DNA of 29,362 bases from positions 1 to 29,362 of the forward strand of contig CAZNQF010000001.1 in assembly GCA_964575125.1 (NCBI GenBank), in the 5' to 3' direction. Source of the stretch: an uncultured bacterium (GTDB lineage: Bacteria > Fidelibacterota > Marinisomatia > Marinisomatales > AB-629-J13). The notes under the pieces were generated by a model, which ran no database searches, was not told where the DNA came from, and was given only the letters and a program-made list of their open reading frames with translations. The position numbers and the translations under genes are program-made. Below are positions 1 through 9,379 of the stretch, piece after piece (the first letter of the stretch is position 1; each line of letters begins with the position of its first letter).

Positions 1-40
1 ACAAGAATTAAATTCTGCCCCCGTAAAAGAATCATTTCTA

Positions 41-1078
41 TTGTATAAGTTCCTTAAATCAAGATTGTTTTTGGTGGTAATGTTATTTGTGAGTTTGTGT
101 AGTGCTTCATTTGGTTTCCTAATTATAAATTGGGAACAAAATAAACTTGAAGGAGAAATAATAATTCGAATACCAAAAGGTAAAACATTAAGAGATGTTT
201 CAAATATTTTATTACAAAAAAAAATAATTAATAGTAAAAGATCATTTATGGTTGCAGTAAAAACTTTAGGATACGAAAAAGATATTCAAGCAGGGACTCT
301 TATCCTTCATGAAGCTCACACAAATTATGAGCTCATTAATCAACTTGTCTTTGGCGTCCCCGAACTCATAAAAATTACTATCCTTGAAGGATGGAATATT
401 GAAAGAATTTCTGAATCAATACACTCAGTATTTGGGATTTCAAAAAACAAAATTATTGACCTTTGTCAAGATAGATGGTTTATTCAGAGTCTGGAGTTTT
501 CTACACATACATTGGAGGGATTTTTATTTCCGGAAACTTACTATTTTACAGAATCAGAATCTCCCCGAAATATCTTAAAAAAAATGGTTTCTGAATATAA
601 TAAACAGATTACCGATAATATGAAAATTAGAATGAAACAAATTGGATTTAATCAATTAGAAATAACAACCCTTGCCTCAATAATAGAAGGTGAAGCAATC
701 TTTGATAGTGAAAGAAAAAAGATATCCTCAGTTTACCATAACAGGATACGTCAAGGGATGAAACTACAAGCTGATCCGACAATTCAATATATAATTGATG
801 ACGGACCTAGAAGACTATTAAATAAAGATTTGAATATTCAATCACCTTACAATACTTACCTTCATAAAGGACTCCCTCCTGGTCCTATTAATAGCCCCGG
901 GATTCAATCAATTAACGCTGCTTTATATCCAGAAGATAGTGAATATATTTATTTTGTGGCTAGGGGTGATGGCTATCATACTTTCTCAAAAACTACAGAG
1001 GATCATAAAAAAGCAAAACAAAAATTTAACCGCGTTAGAAAAAAGATAAATAGAAAAAAACAAGAAGAAAATAATTAA
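41..1078 (+). CDS. mltG: Endolytic transglycosylase MltG (YceG family)
   Basis: N-terminal TM helix, LEGFLFPETY, LASIIEGEA (catalytic Glu position), KLQADPT, SPYNTY...GLPPGPINSPG and YFVA motifs. The frame is open back to base 2, so the TTG start at 41 is uncertain. Confidence 0.92.
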   Translation: MYKFLKSRLFLVVMLFVSLCSASFGFLIINWEQNKLEGEIIIRIPKGKTLRDVSNILLQKKIINSKRSFMVAVKTLGYEKDIQAGTLILHEAHTNYELINQLVFGVPELIKITILEGWNIERISESIHSVFGISKNKIIDLCQDRWFIQSLEFSTHTLEGFLFPETYYFTESESPRNILKKMVSEYNKQITDNMKIRMKQIGFNQLEITTLASIIEGEAIFDSERKKISSVYHNRIRQGMKLQADPTIQYIIDDGPRRLLNKDLNIQSPYNTYLHKGLPPGPINSPGIQSINAALYPEDSEYIYFVARGDGYHTFSKTTEDHKKAKQKFNRVRKKINRKKQEENN

Positions 1079-1083
1079 GAGAA

Positions 1084-3261
1084 ATGGATTTAAATCAACT
1101 AAATAAAACTCAAAAATCTGCAGTAGAAGAAGTGAAAAACCCAGTACTTGTTTTTGCAGGTGCAGGGAGTGGAAAAACAAGAGTATTAACCTATAAAATA
1201 TCATATTTAATCAAGAAAAATATCATTGATGCCCAAAATATTTTAGCGGTAACATTTACAAATAAAGCTGCCGGGGTAATGAAATCTAGGGTTGAATCGC
1301 TATTGGAAAATTCTAATATTTCGATTTCTATTGGGACATTTCATTCAATTTGTGCAAGATTGCTGAGGGATGAAATCCACCGACTAGGCTTCTCACGACA
1401 CTATAATATTTATGATTCACAGGATCAATCAGCTCTTATGAAAGCCCTCCTAACAGAAAGAGGGGTAATAAAAAATTATTCTTCGCCAAAAGAAGTGCTA
1501 AGAAAAATCAGCTATATGAAAAGTAAATTGATTTTTCCTGATAAAGCAAAAGATAAAGCCAAAACACTAAAAGAAAAAAATATCATAGACCTCTATGAAG
1601 CATATCAAAATGAATTAAAGAAAAATGATGCATTGGATTTTGATGATTTAATAATTATGCCATTAGTTTTATTTGAAAAATATCCGGCAGTGCTGAATGC
1701 ATATAGAAAAAAATGGAAATATGTTTTGGTAGATGAATATCAGGATACAAATATCCCTCAGTTTAAATTTGTAACAACACTTGCGGAAAAACATAAACGG
1801 ATTTGTGTAGTTGGTGATGATGACCAATCGATATATGGATGGAGGGGAGCAGAAGTAAAAAATATTCTTGAATTTGAAAAAACATTCTCTGACTGTAAAA
1901 CATTTAAACTTGAAACAAATTACAGGTCTACCCAAGAGATATTAGACGCTGCTATCCATGTAGTACAAAATAATTATCTCCGACAAGAAAAAGATTTATC
2001 TTCTGACAAAGGTAAAGGACAAAAATTAGGATTGTTTGAGACGGTCGATGAATTAGAAGAGTCAGATGCAGTGGTATCAGCGATTGGAAAAGATGTAAAG
2101 TTATCTAAGAGGAAATTTAGTGAATTTGGTGTTTTATATCGTACGAATGCGCAATCGCGAGCTTTGGAAGACAGTTTCCGACGAAATGGAATCCCCTATG
2201 TAATTATAGGCGGAATTAGGTTTTATGAAAGAAAAGAAGTAAAAGATATACTTTCATATCTTCGATTAATCGTAAATCCAAAAGATATGATTTCTCTTCA
2301 CCGCATTGTTAATTTTCCACCAAGAGGAATCGGATTAAAAACAATTACAAAATGTCAAAAATTAGCTGACCAAAAAAAACTACCTCTATTTGATGTATTT
2401 AATGATCTATCCGGGTTGGATCTTAGAAATAAACAGGTTAATTCCTTAGGATACTTTCATGACTTAATAATTAAATATAGGGAACTGATTGATAAATTAA
2501 GCCCAAATGAATTTACACGGTCATTAGTTGAGGAAGCAGGAATAATAAATTTTTATAAATCATCTGAATTACCTGAGGATGCTGAACGCCTCCAAAATAT
2601 TAATGAATTGTTAAACAGTATAGATGATTATGCTTCAAGGGAAACAAATAATGATCTAAACGGTTTTTTGGAAGAAGTGTCACTTCTTACTGACCTTGAT
2701 AAATGGAACGAAGAAGATAATCGGGTTTCTCTCATGACAATTCATGCTTCGAAAGGATTAGAATTTCCGGTAGTTTTTATAACAGGACTTGAAGAGGGAC
2801 TGTTTCCATTATCTAGAACATTTAATTCTCCAGATGAATTGGAAGAGGAACGCCGTCTGTTTTATGTAGGGATCACCCGAGCTATGGAAAAAGTTTATCT
2901 TCTGTATGCCACAAACAGGAGAAAAATTGGTATTGATTATGATGTTGGATTCTCATCTCGGTTTTTAAAAGAGATACCTAAGGAATATTTGGAAAAAATT
3001 CCGTTCCGCTCTGCTTTGATGCATAAAGTAAGCAAAAAAAGAGGGATATCTACAAAGCTTAAATCAAAAAGAAGTATTACAACATTTGATGACTTTGCCG
3101 TTGAAGATGTTGTGAAGCATACAATTTTTGGAGTTGGAAAAATTAAGGCACTGAGTGGTACAGGAGAGAATCAAAGAGTTGCCGTAGTTTTTAAAGGCGG
3201 TGTGAAGAAAAAATTAATTGTCAAGTTTGCCAATTTGAAAAAAATAGAAAATTCTTCTTAA
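1084..3261 (+). CDS. pcrA: ATP-dependent SF1A DNA helicase PcrA/UvrD
   Basis: AGAGSGKT Walker A, VDEYQD, VGDDDQSIYGWRG, NYRS, TIHASKGLEF and EERRLFYVGITRA motifs. C-terminal Tudor-like domain (VKHTIFGVGKI...) as in PcrA/UvrD. Confidence 0.96.
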   Translation: MDLNQLNKTQKSAVEEVKNPVLVFAGAGSGKTRVLTYKISYLIKKNIIDAQNILAVTFTNKAAGVMKSRVESLLENSNISISIGTFHSICARLLRDEIHRLGFSRHYNIYDSQDQSALMKALLTERGVIKNYSSPKEVLRKISYMKSKLIFPDKAKDKAKTLKEKNIIDLYEAYQNELKKNDALDFDDLIIMPLVLFEKYPAVLNAYRKKWKYVLVDEYQDTNIPQFKFVTTLAEKHKRICVVGDDDQSIYGWRGAEVKNILEFEKTFSDCKTFKLETNYRSTQEILDAAIHVVQNNYLRQEKDLSSDKGKGQKLGLFETVDELEESDAVVSAIGKDVKLSKRKFSEFGVLYRTNAQSRALEDSFRRNGIPYVIIGGIRFYERKEVKDILSYLRLIVNPKDMISLHRIVNFPPRGIGLKTITKCQKLADQKKLPLFDVFNDLSGLDLRNKQVNSLGYFHDLIIKYRELIDKLSPNEFTRSLVEEAGIINFYKSSELPEDAERLQNINELLNSIDDYASRETNNDLNGFLEEVSLLTDLDKWNEEDNRVSLMTIHASKGLEFPVVFITGLEEGLFPLSRTFNSPDELEEERRLFYVGITRAMEKVYLLYATNRRKIGIDYDVGFSSRFLKEIPKEYLEKIPFRSALMHKVSKKRGISTKLKSKRSITTFDDFAVEDVVKHTIFGVGKIKALSGTGENQRVAVVFKGGVKKKLIVKFANLKKIENSS

Positions 3262-3344
3262 AAAATTTTAAATTACTCTTAATAGAGCACACATCATTTT
3301 TCTAAAAATAAATTTTTACTAAATGGAAGAATTGGTTAACTTCT

Positions 3345-3361
3345 TTGAGATTGGTTCTCAA
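3345..3361. promoter_or_regulatory. Putative Fur box (7-1-7 inverted repeat)
   Basis: TTGAGA-TTGGT-TCTCAA is a perfect 6-bp inverted repeat. It matches TGAGAATnATTCTCA-type Fur boxes at 12 of 14 positions and sits at the start of fur-feoAB. Confidence 0.55.
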
Positions 3362-3800
3362 TAAATTGAAATCACCAAAAGGTAAATTAGAAACTCTCTT
3401 AAAAACTTCCGGATTGCGTATCACACCGCAAAGGCAGGCAATACTGGAAGAATTAAATAGAACAAATGAACATCGGGATGTTGAAGAGATCTATTCTTCT
3501 CTGAAAAAAAGAAAAATTATGGTTTCTCGGGCAACATTGTACCGTACTCTTGAACTATTAGTTACTCAAAAGCTAATACGTAGACTTGATTTAGGAGAGG
3601 GAAAACTTCGATTTGAATCTCGAGAAGGAGAACATCACGACCATATTATATGTATAGAGTGTGATAAAATCATAGAATTTGTGGATGAGAGGATTGAAAA
3701 ATTACAAGAAAAAATTGCAAAATTTTATGGATTTACTCTGGACAGACATGTTCATCAACTTTTCGGTCATTGTTCGGATAATAATTGTCCAAACAAATAA
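3345..3800 (+). CDS. fur: Fur-family transcriptional repressor
   Basis: GLRITPQRQAIL, SRATLYRTL HTH, HHDHIICIEC and C-terminal CxxxxC. The real start may be TTG at 3366. Confidence 0.92.
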   Translation: MRLVLNKLKSPKGKLETLLKTSGLRITPQRQAILEELNRTNEHRDVEEIYSSLKKRKIMVSRATLYRTLELLVTQKLIRRLDLGEGKLRFESREGEHHDHIICIECDKIIEFVDERIEKLQEKIAKFYGFTLDRHVHQLFGHCSDNNCPNK

Positions 3801-4024
3801 CCGCGTGCCAGTTAAAACCGGGACAGGTTGCAATAATTACCGGATATAAATCTGATTTAAAATCAAAATCGCGATTGGTTGAAATGGGGTTTTTACCTGG
3901 AACAAAAATCCGATTTATAAAACAAGCTATCTTTAGGGGAGCAATTGAGTTTAAAATCAGAGATTATTATGTTTCACTCAGATTAGAAGATTCCCACAAT
4001 ATTATTATAGAAAAAATCTATTGA
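3785..4024 (+). CDS. feoA: Ferrous iron transport protein A
   Basis: 79-aa SH3-like FeoA (LKPGQVAII, RLVEMGFLPGTKI). Its TGA overlaps the TTG start of feoB (TTGA at 4021-4024). Confidence 0.92.
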   Translation: MSKQITACQLKPGQVAIITGYKSDLKSKSRLVEMGFLPGTKIRFIKQAIFRGAIEFKIRDYYVSLRLEDSHNIIIEKIY

Positions 4025-6156
4025 ATTTAATAAAATCAGGGACAAACAATTTGATTGCTTTGACTGGAAACCCAAATACAGGAAAAACAGCAATTTTTAA
4101 TCTTCTTACTGGACTGCAGCAGAAAGTATCAAATTATCCTGGTATTACAGTAGAGAAAAAACTAGGAACTATGTCTCTCAACAATAAAAGATCTATTCAA
4201 ATTCTTGACCTGCCAGGATCATATAGTTTAACATCAGAATCGTATGATGAACATGTAGTTTCGGATGAAATATTTTCCTGGATTCATTATAATAAAAAAC
4301 CAAATATCATCCTTTCAGTTGTAGATGCAGAGAGTCTATCCAGAAATCTGTATTTAACAAGTCAACTTTTAGACCTAGAGATCCCAGTTATTATTGTTCT
4401 GAATATGATGGATCGAATCTCGGAAGAGACCCTCCCATTATCACCTAAACAATTAAAAGAAAGACTCAAAGTCTCGGATGTCGTTCCTATTTCTGCTTTG
4501 AGAAAGAAAGGAATAAATCAATTAAGGGATTCAATTCAAACTACATTAGATAATCCCCAAGATTTACCATCTAATGATATCCCCTTTGAAATAACAGGAA
4601 TCCTTAGGTCATCATTAAAACCAATACATGATTTTTTTAATAAAACATTGAAATATTCTTCCCGGCTATCTTGGGCGCAGGCATTGAGACTTATTAGTAG
4701 AAAATCTTTAATTGATATGTATGAAAACAATAACAAAATTATGATTGAAAAAGATCTCAGTGAATTAAAATTGATTCATTCACAAACATTAGAACGTTTG
4801 GATAGGGAAGAAATAGATTTACTATCATTGGAATCTAATCTAAGATATAGATGGATTGACGGTATTTTAAAGAAGAAAGATGAACCTATAAGCGAACCTT
4901 TCGATGAAAGTAAAAGCGAAAAAATTGATCGGATATTAACACACAAATATGCAGGCCCTTTTATATTCATTGGGATATTATACGTTATTTTTCAATCCGT
5001 TTTTTCGTGGGCAGTCACACCAATGGATTGGGTTAATAATGTTATTTTTCATTTGGGCTCTTGGGTTCAATCTGTGATCCCTGAGCATTTATTGAGAGAT
5101 TTGATTGTAGAAGGGGTAATAGGAGGTGTAGGAGCTGTACTGGTATTTTTACCTCAGATTATTATTCTTGTATTATTTATGACTGTTATTGAAGATACCG
5201 GCTACATGGCAAGAATTGCATTCATGCTTGATAAGCTTATGTCAAAATTAGGGCTTCATGGTAAATCTATTTTACCTCTTATGACAGGTTATGGATGTGC
5301 AATCCCGGGCATAATGGCAACACGGACCATTGACAGCTGGAAAGAACGGCTAGTTACCATGCTGATCTTGCCATTAATGAGCTGTTCCGCCCGCCTACCG
5401 GTTTATGCACTTATGATAGGGGCATTTATCCCTTCTATAAAATTATTTGGAATAGTGAATGCTCAGGGATTTACATTGGTCCTTATGTATTTCTTGGGAA
5501 CAGTTACAGCTTTACTACTTTCTATTATTTTCAGTAAATGGATCCCAATTGAAAGAAACTCCATTTTCGTTATGGAAATGCCTCCCTACAGAATACCATT
5601 AATGAGGTCTATCATCAAACAAGTATATCTTAGAGTAAAACAATTTGTTTCGGATGCCGGTCGGATTATTTTGGTTATTTCTATCATTTTATGGGTATTA
5701 GCATCTTTTCCCAAAACCGAAAGTGAGCATCATATTCAAAATAGTTATGCAGGAAAAATCGGAAAAATGATTGAACCGGCTATCCGGCCTCTTGGCTTTG
5801 ACTGGAAAATAGGTATAGGATTACTCACTTCTTTTGCTGCTAGGGAGGTAATGGTGAGTACAATGGCAACCATTTATAATGTAGAATCAGATGATGGAAA
5901 CATTATCAGAATTACAGAGGCACTTAAACAGGATAAAAATCAGGAAACAGGAGAGCCCGTATACTCTACTCTTACAGGGCTTTCAATTATGGTCTTTTTT
6001 GTTTTTGCTGCTCAATGTATGGCAACATTTGCTGTTGTTCGAAGGGAAACCGGTACATGGAAGTGGCCATTATTTATGATATTTTATATGACGAGCTTGG
6101 CATACATCATGTCTTTAATCGTATATCAAGGTGGATTATTATTAGGGTTTGGATAG
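4021..6156 (+). CDS. feoB: Ferrous iron transport protein B
   Basis: GNPNTGKT (G1), VSNYPGITVE, DLPGSYSL (G3), NMMD (G4), EDTGYMARIAF, GYGCAIPG gate motif and multiple TM helices. Confidence 0.97.
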   Translation: MNLIKSGTNNLIALTGNPNTGKTAIFNLLTGLQQKVSNYPGITVEKKLGTMSLNNKRSIQILDLPGSYSLTSESYDEHVVSDEIFSWIHYNKKPNIILSVVDAESLSRNLYLTSQLLDLEIPVIIVLNMMDRISEETLPLSPKQLKERLKVSDVVPISALRKKGINQLRDSIQTTLDNPQDLPSNDIPFEITGILRSSLKPIHDFFNKTLKYSSRLSWAQALRLISRKSLIDMYENNNKIMIEKDLSELKLIHSQTLERLDREEIDLLSLESNLRYRWIDGILKKKDEPISEPFDESKSEKIDRILTHKYAGPFIFIGILYVIFQSVFSWAVTPMDWVNNVIFHLGSWVQSVIPEHLLRDLIVEGVIGGVGAVLVFLPQIIILVLFMTVIEDTGYMARIAFMLDKLMSKLGLHGKSILPLMTGYGCAIPGIMATRTIDSWKERLVTMLILPLMSCSARLPVYALMIGAFIPSIKLFGIVNAQGFTLVLMYFLGTVTALLLSIIFSKWIPIERNSIFVMEMPPYRIPLMRSIIKQVYLRVKQFVSDAGRIILVISIILWVLASFPKTESEHHIQNSYAGKIGKMIEPAIRPLGFDWKIGIGLLTSFAAREVMVSTMATIYNVESDDGNIIRITEALKQDKNQETGEPVYSTLTGLSIMVFFVFAAQCMATFAVVRRETGTWKWPLFMIFYMTSLAYIMSLIVYQGGLLLGFG

Positions 6157-6161
6157 AGTGA

Positions 6162-6641
6162 TTAAATTGATTTTACCATTTTTATTTGATTTTTTTTCGT
6201 CATCATTTGAGCAAACCCTAAATTTTTAGACTCTGAGATTAGCTGCATATCTCTATTTTCAAGAAAATAATATATTTCAGAGCAATTTTTTTGTTTTGCA
6301 AAATTTTCTGCGGTTTTAATTAAAGTTTCAAAGATATTTTTTTCCCTATATGATTTATCAACGAATATATGAAATAAATTGGCGCACTTTTTAACTTGCA
6401 ATAATTTTACACTAATCATTCCCACCATCCATTTATCTAAAAATGCTCCCCACGTTTTTGTATTTTGCTCTGTATAGGATAAATTTATCCACTGGTTAAA
6501 ACGAAATGGATAGGTCATCCTTGGTTCCGTAAGGTGAAGATCTTTAGGGTTTGAAAACCATGTTTTCAAGCATGAACTCAATACAATTCTGTCTTTTGAA
6601 CTAGAGTAATGCATTTCTTTTATTAATATTTTGAATTTCAT
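6162..6641 (-). CDS. GNAT-family acetyltransferase-like protein
   Basis: 159 aa with GNAT pattern (NLFHIFVDKSYR...LIKTAENFAKQKNC...NLGF). The acetyl-CoA glycine motif is degenerate. Confidence 0.7.
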   Translation of the reverse strand: MKFKILIKEMHYSSSKDRIVLSSCLKTWFSNPKDLHLTEPRMTYPFRFNQWINLSYTEQNTKTWGAFLDKWMVGMISVKLLQVKKCANLFHIFVDKSYREKNIFETLIKTAENFAKQKNCSEIYYFLENRDMQLISESKNLGFAQMMTKKNQIKMVKSI

Positions 6642-6733
6642 TATAAAAGTTACTAAATGCCTAGAATTTAAAATGATAAGGAAAAATAATTGGTTATTGA
6701 CATAGATAGTCAGAAAGAGGAAAATTCAACTGC

Positions 6734-7684
6734 ATGAAAGAGATAACTCCTATTCATAAATTTAACGAAGGGATGACAATACAGGGATTTTACCTTTGTG
6801 TGGATAAGCACGTTCGACATACTCGAGCTGGAGATCTGTACATAGATTTAACTCTTCGGGACAAAACCGGGCAAATTCATGCTAAAATATGGAGAAAAGT
6901 TGAAAGTTTTAACGAAAAATTTGATTCAGGAGATGCTATTGTTGCAAAGGCTGATATAAGTTCGTTTCAAGGTCGTCTCCAAATGGATATTAAAAAAATT
7001 GGTAGAGCTTCTATCCAAACTCACGGAAGATACGGATATGATCCCACATTGATTGTTCCTTCATCAAAGCATGATCCTAAGAGGATGTGGGACGAAATAA
7101 GAGAATTAGTGAAGGGGATAAAGCAAAGAAAACTAAAAAAACTTGTTACTAAACTTTATAAAAAACACAAAGAAAAACTATTAATCTGTCCTGCATCTTT
7201 AAACTCGCACTATAATTTTCGTTCTGGCTTATTAGAAAGCATCTTATCAATGTCAGGGATAGCAATCGATTTAGCTCAGAGGTATGGGATGGACAAAGAC
7301 CTGTTACTAACAGGTGTTCTACTACATGATATCGGAAAAACAAAAGAATTATCTATAGACTTGAAAACGGAGATTACTGATAAAGGTAACTTTATCGGAC
7401 ATTCAGTTCTTTCACGGGACATGGTAAAAGAATGCGCTAATTCCATCCCAGAATTTTCTGAAAAATTGTTGCTAAAATTAGAACATATGATATTAGCTCA
7501 TAGAGGACAACTTGAATGGAGAAGATCACAAAAACCCAATTTTCCTGAAGCATTACTTTTACATCAAATACATCATTTAGACAAGCATATGAATCTTATG
7601 AAAACTTCCCTAGAAAATGATGAAGAAGACAATAATTGGACATCACAAAATAACCATTTATTCATACCTTTTTATAAAAGTTAA
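6734..7684 (+). CDS. YhaM/Cbf1-like OB-fold + HD-domain protein
   Basis: N-terminal OB fold (YIDLTLRDKTGQIHAKIW), LLHDIGK, GNFIGH, LEHMILAHRG, PEALLLH. Some metal ligands are substituted. Confidence 0.85.
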   Translation: MKEITPIHKFNEGMTIQGFYLCVDKHVRHTRAGDLYIDLTLRDKTGQIHAKIWRKVESFNEKFDSGDAIVAKADISSFQGRLQMDIKKIGRASIQTHGRYGYDPTLIVPSSKHDPKRMWDEIRELVKGIKQRKLKKLVTKLYKKHKEKLLICPASLNSHYNFRSGLLESILSMSGIAIDLAQRYGMDKDLLLTGVLLHDIGKTKELSIDLKTEITDKGNFIGHSVLSRDMVKECANSIPEFSEKLLLKLEHMILAHRGQLEWRRSQKPNFPEALLLHQIHHLDKHMNLMKTSLENDEEDNNWTSQNNHLFIPFYKS

Positions 7685-7717
7685 TCTTCAATGAAAACTA
7701 TATTTTAGTGAAATCAA

Positions 7718-9367
7718 ATGTATAAATATTATTGGTTTTATATCGGTATTTTTATATACGAGCTAGCACTCACGCAATCTATTGACCCTATTCATTTTGA
7801 TTGGAGTGGGCAAAATGGAATGTCTACAGATAAGGGGCTATTAAAATGGAATCAGGATTGGTATTCCCAAGGATTGTTGTTTGATGGAACATTTCAATCA
7901 TATCCGTTGAGTTTTGGAGAAAAAGTTTTTTCTAATTCATCTTTTGAAGATTCTTATAAAAATTCATTTTTTTTCTTTCCAGATTCAAATGACGTAGAAA
8001 CATCTTTTGATTATCAACAAGGAGATTATTTATATGATCAGTTTAATGTAAATGCGTTTTTTAGAAAAAAAAATCAAATAATAGAGTGGAATGGATTTAA
8101 ACGAAGTTACGGAGGTCCATTCTCCCAATTCATTCAGGATGAAAACCTTTATACTGGAACTATAACGCCAAATCAACAATCATATTTTTTCCAAATTATT
8201 TCCAGTGCAGATGAAACTCTATCTATTTTATCCGTTGGAAAATTCATTACTGATTCGGGTTTATATAATAATTCTCAATCAAACGGGGTACATAAAAATG
8301 ATATTACTTCTGCCTCATATACATCTATGTTTCACTGGAAGCAATTTGATATAAACTTTAAAATAGATCAATATTTAGAATATAGAAAATGGATATCAGA
8401 ATTTTCATCTGCATCTCCCCATTATATAAACCGAGGACATCTCTACGGAAAAATATCTAATCAAAAAATTAAAAGTTGGGACTTAGGAATATCATCTAAT
8501 ACTCAGGCATTAATATTTTCAGATACAACTATTTCAAAAAAGAGGTCATGGCTATCAGTATTTGGAAATTTTGATAATAATGGCATTCAATTGAGTGGTG
8601 GATTAGACTACGGCAATAAAGAGCTCTTACCACTATTTTCAATTAAGATGGAACAGAATTGGAATTCTGTTAAAACACTTACCAATATCTTACTAAGAAA
8701 CAAACCTCAACATTTAGCTATTTGGTCAAATAAAAATTCTTTTTTTGAATCTTGGGTAAATATTATGACAACAGCAAACATCCAAAAAAAATCTATGAGA
8801 TACTATAGTATCTTCAATTTTTGGCGTGTGACCAATTTAATAGAGTCGGAAACAGATACAACTAATTCTCCGAAAGGAATGGTGTCTCTTGAGTCCGGAT
8901 TCGTCTTTGATCATAAATCTGGAATCATTATTTCCGGAGCATGGATACATAGTACTTCTGAATCCTTTATAGCAGATGGTATCGGTGATCGAATAAAATC
9001 AAGTTTTAAAATTAATAGATTATTATTTTTCGATAATATGGAGATTACAGCTGTTTTATCTATTGAAGGACTGTTAAACCGCTATTCTTCTTTCGGATAT
9101 GACCCCGCTTATGTTAGACCCTTTCGAAATGAATGGGAATCATATGTACTCCCTGATTATTGGACTGCACATTTGGATCTCAAAGCCAAGGTTTCATCTG
9201 TAATCATAACCTATCGAATTCGGAATTTTCTACATACACAAGAGAATACAATCAAACAGCTCTATAAGGAATTACCGGATGAATGGTTGTGGCCTCGAAA
9301 TAATGCTTATTTCCTGCCTATGGGACAACTTGTGAGCTTTGGTGTGGAATGGGAGTTTAAGAATTAG
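7718..9367 (+). CDS. Hypothetical outer-membrane beta-barrel protein
   Basis: 549 aa with a signal-peptide-like N-terminus, aromatic-rich alternating strands and a terminal SFGVEWEF beta-signal-like segment. No specific family recognised. Confidence 0.55.
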   Translation: MYKYYWFYIGIFIYELALTQSIDPIHFDWSGQNGMSTDKGLLKWNQDWYSQGLLFDGTFQSYPLSFGEKVFSNSSFEDSYKNSFFFFPDSNDVETSFDYQQGDYLYDQFNVNAFFRKKNQIIEWNGFKRSYGGPFSQFIQDENLYTGTITPNQQSYFFQIISSADETLSILSVGKFITDSGLYNNSQSNGVHKNDITSASYTSMFHWKQFDINFKIDQYLEYRKWISEFSSASPHYINRGHLYGKISNQKIKSWDLGISSNTQALIFSDTTISKKRSWLSVFGNFDNNGIQLSGGLDYGNKELLPLFSIKMEQNWNSVKTLTNILLRNKPQHLAIWSNKNSFFESWVNIMTTANIQKKSMRYYSIFNFWRVTNLIESETDTTNSPKGMVSLESGFVFDHKSGIIISGAWIHSTSESFIADGIGDRIKSSFKINRLLFFDNMEITAVLSIEGLLNRYSSFGYDPAYVRPFRNEWESYVLPDYWTAHLDLKAKVSSVIITYRIRNFLHTQENTIKQLYKELPDEWLWPRNNAYFLPMGQLVSFGVEWEFKN

Positions 9368-9379
9368 TTGATAATTAAT

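Noticed and set aside
6697-6725. TTGACA as a sigma70 -35 element for the YhaM-like gene
   Set aside because: There is no convincing -10 hexamer at 16-18 nt spacing.
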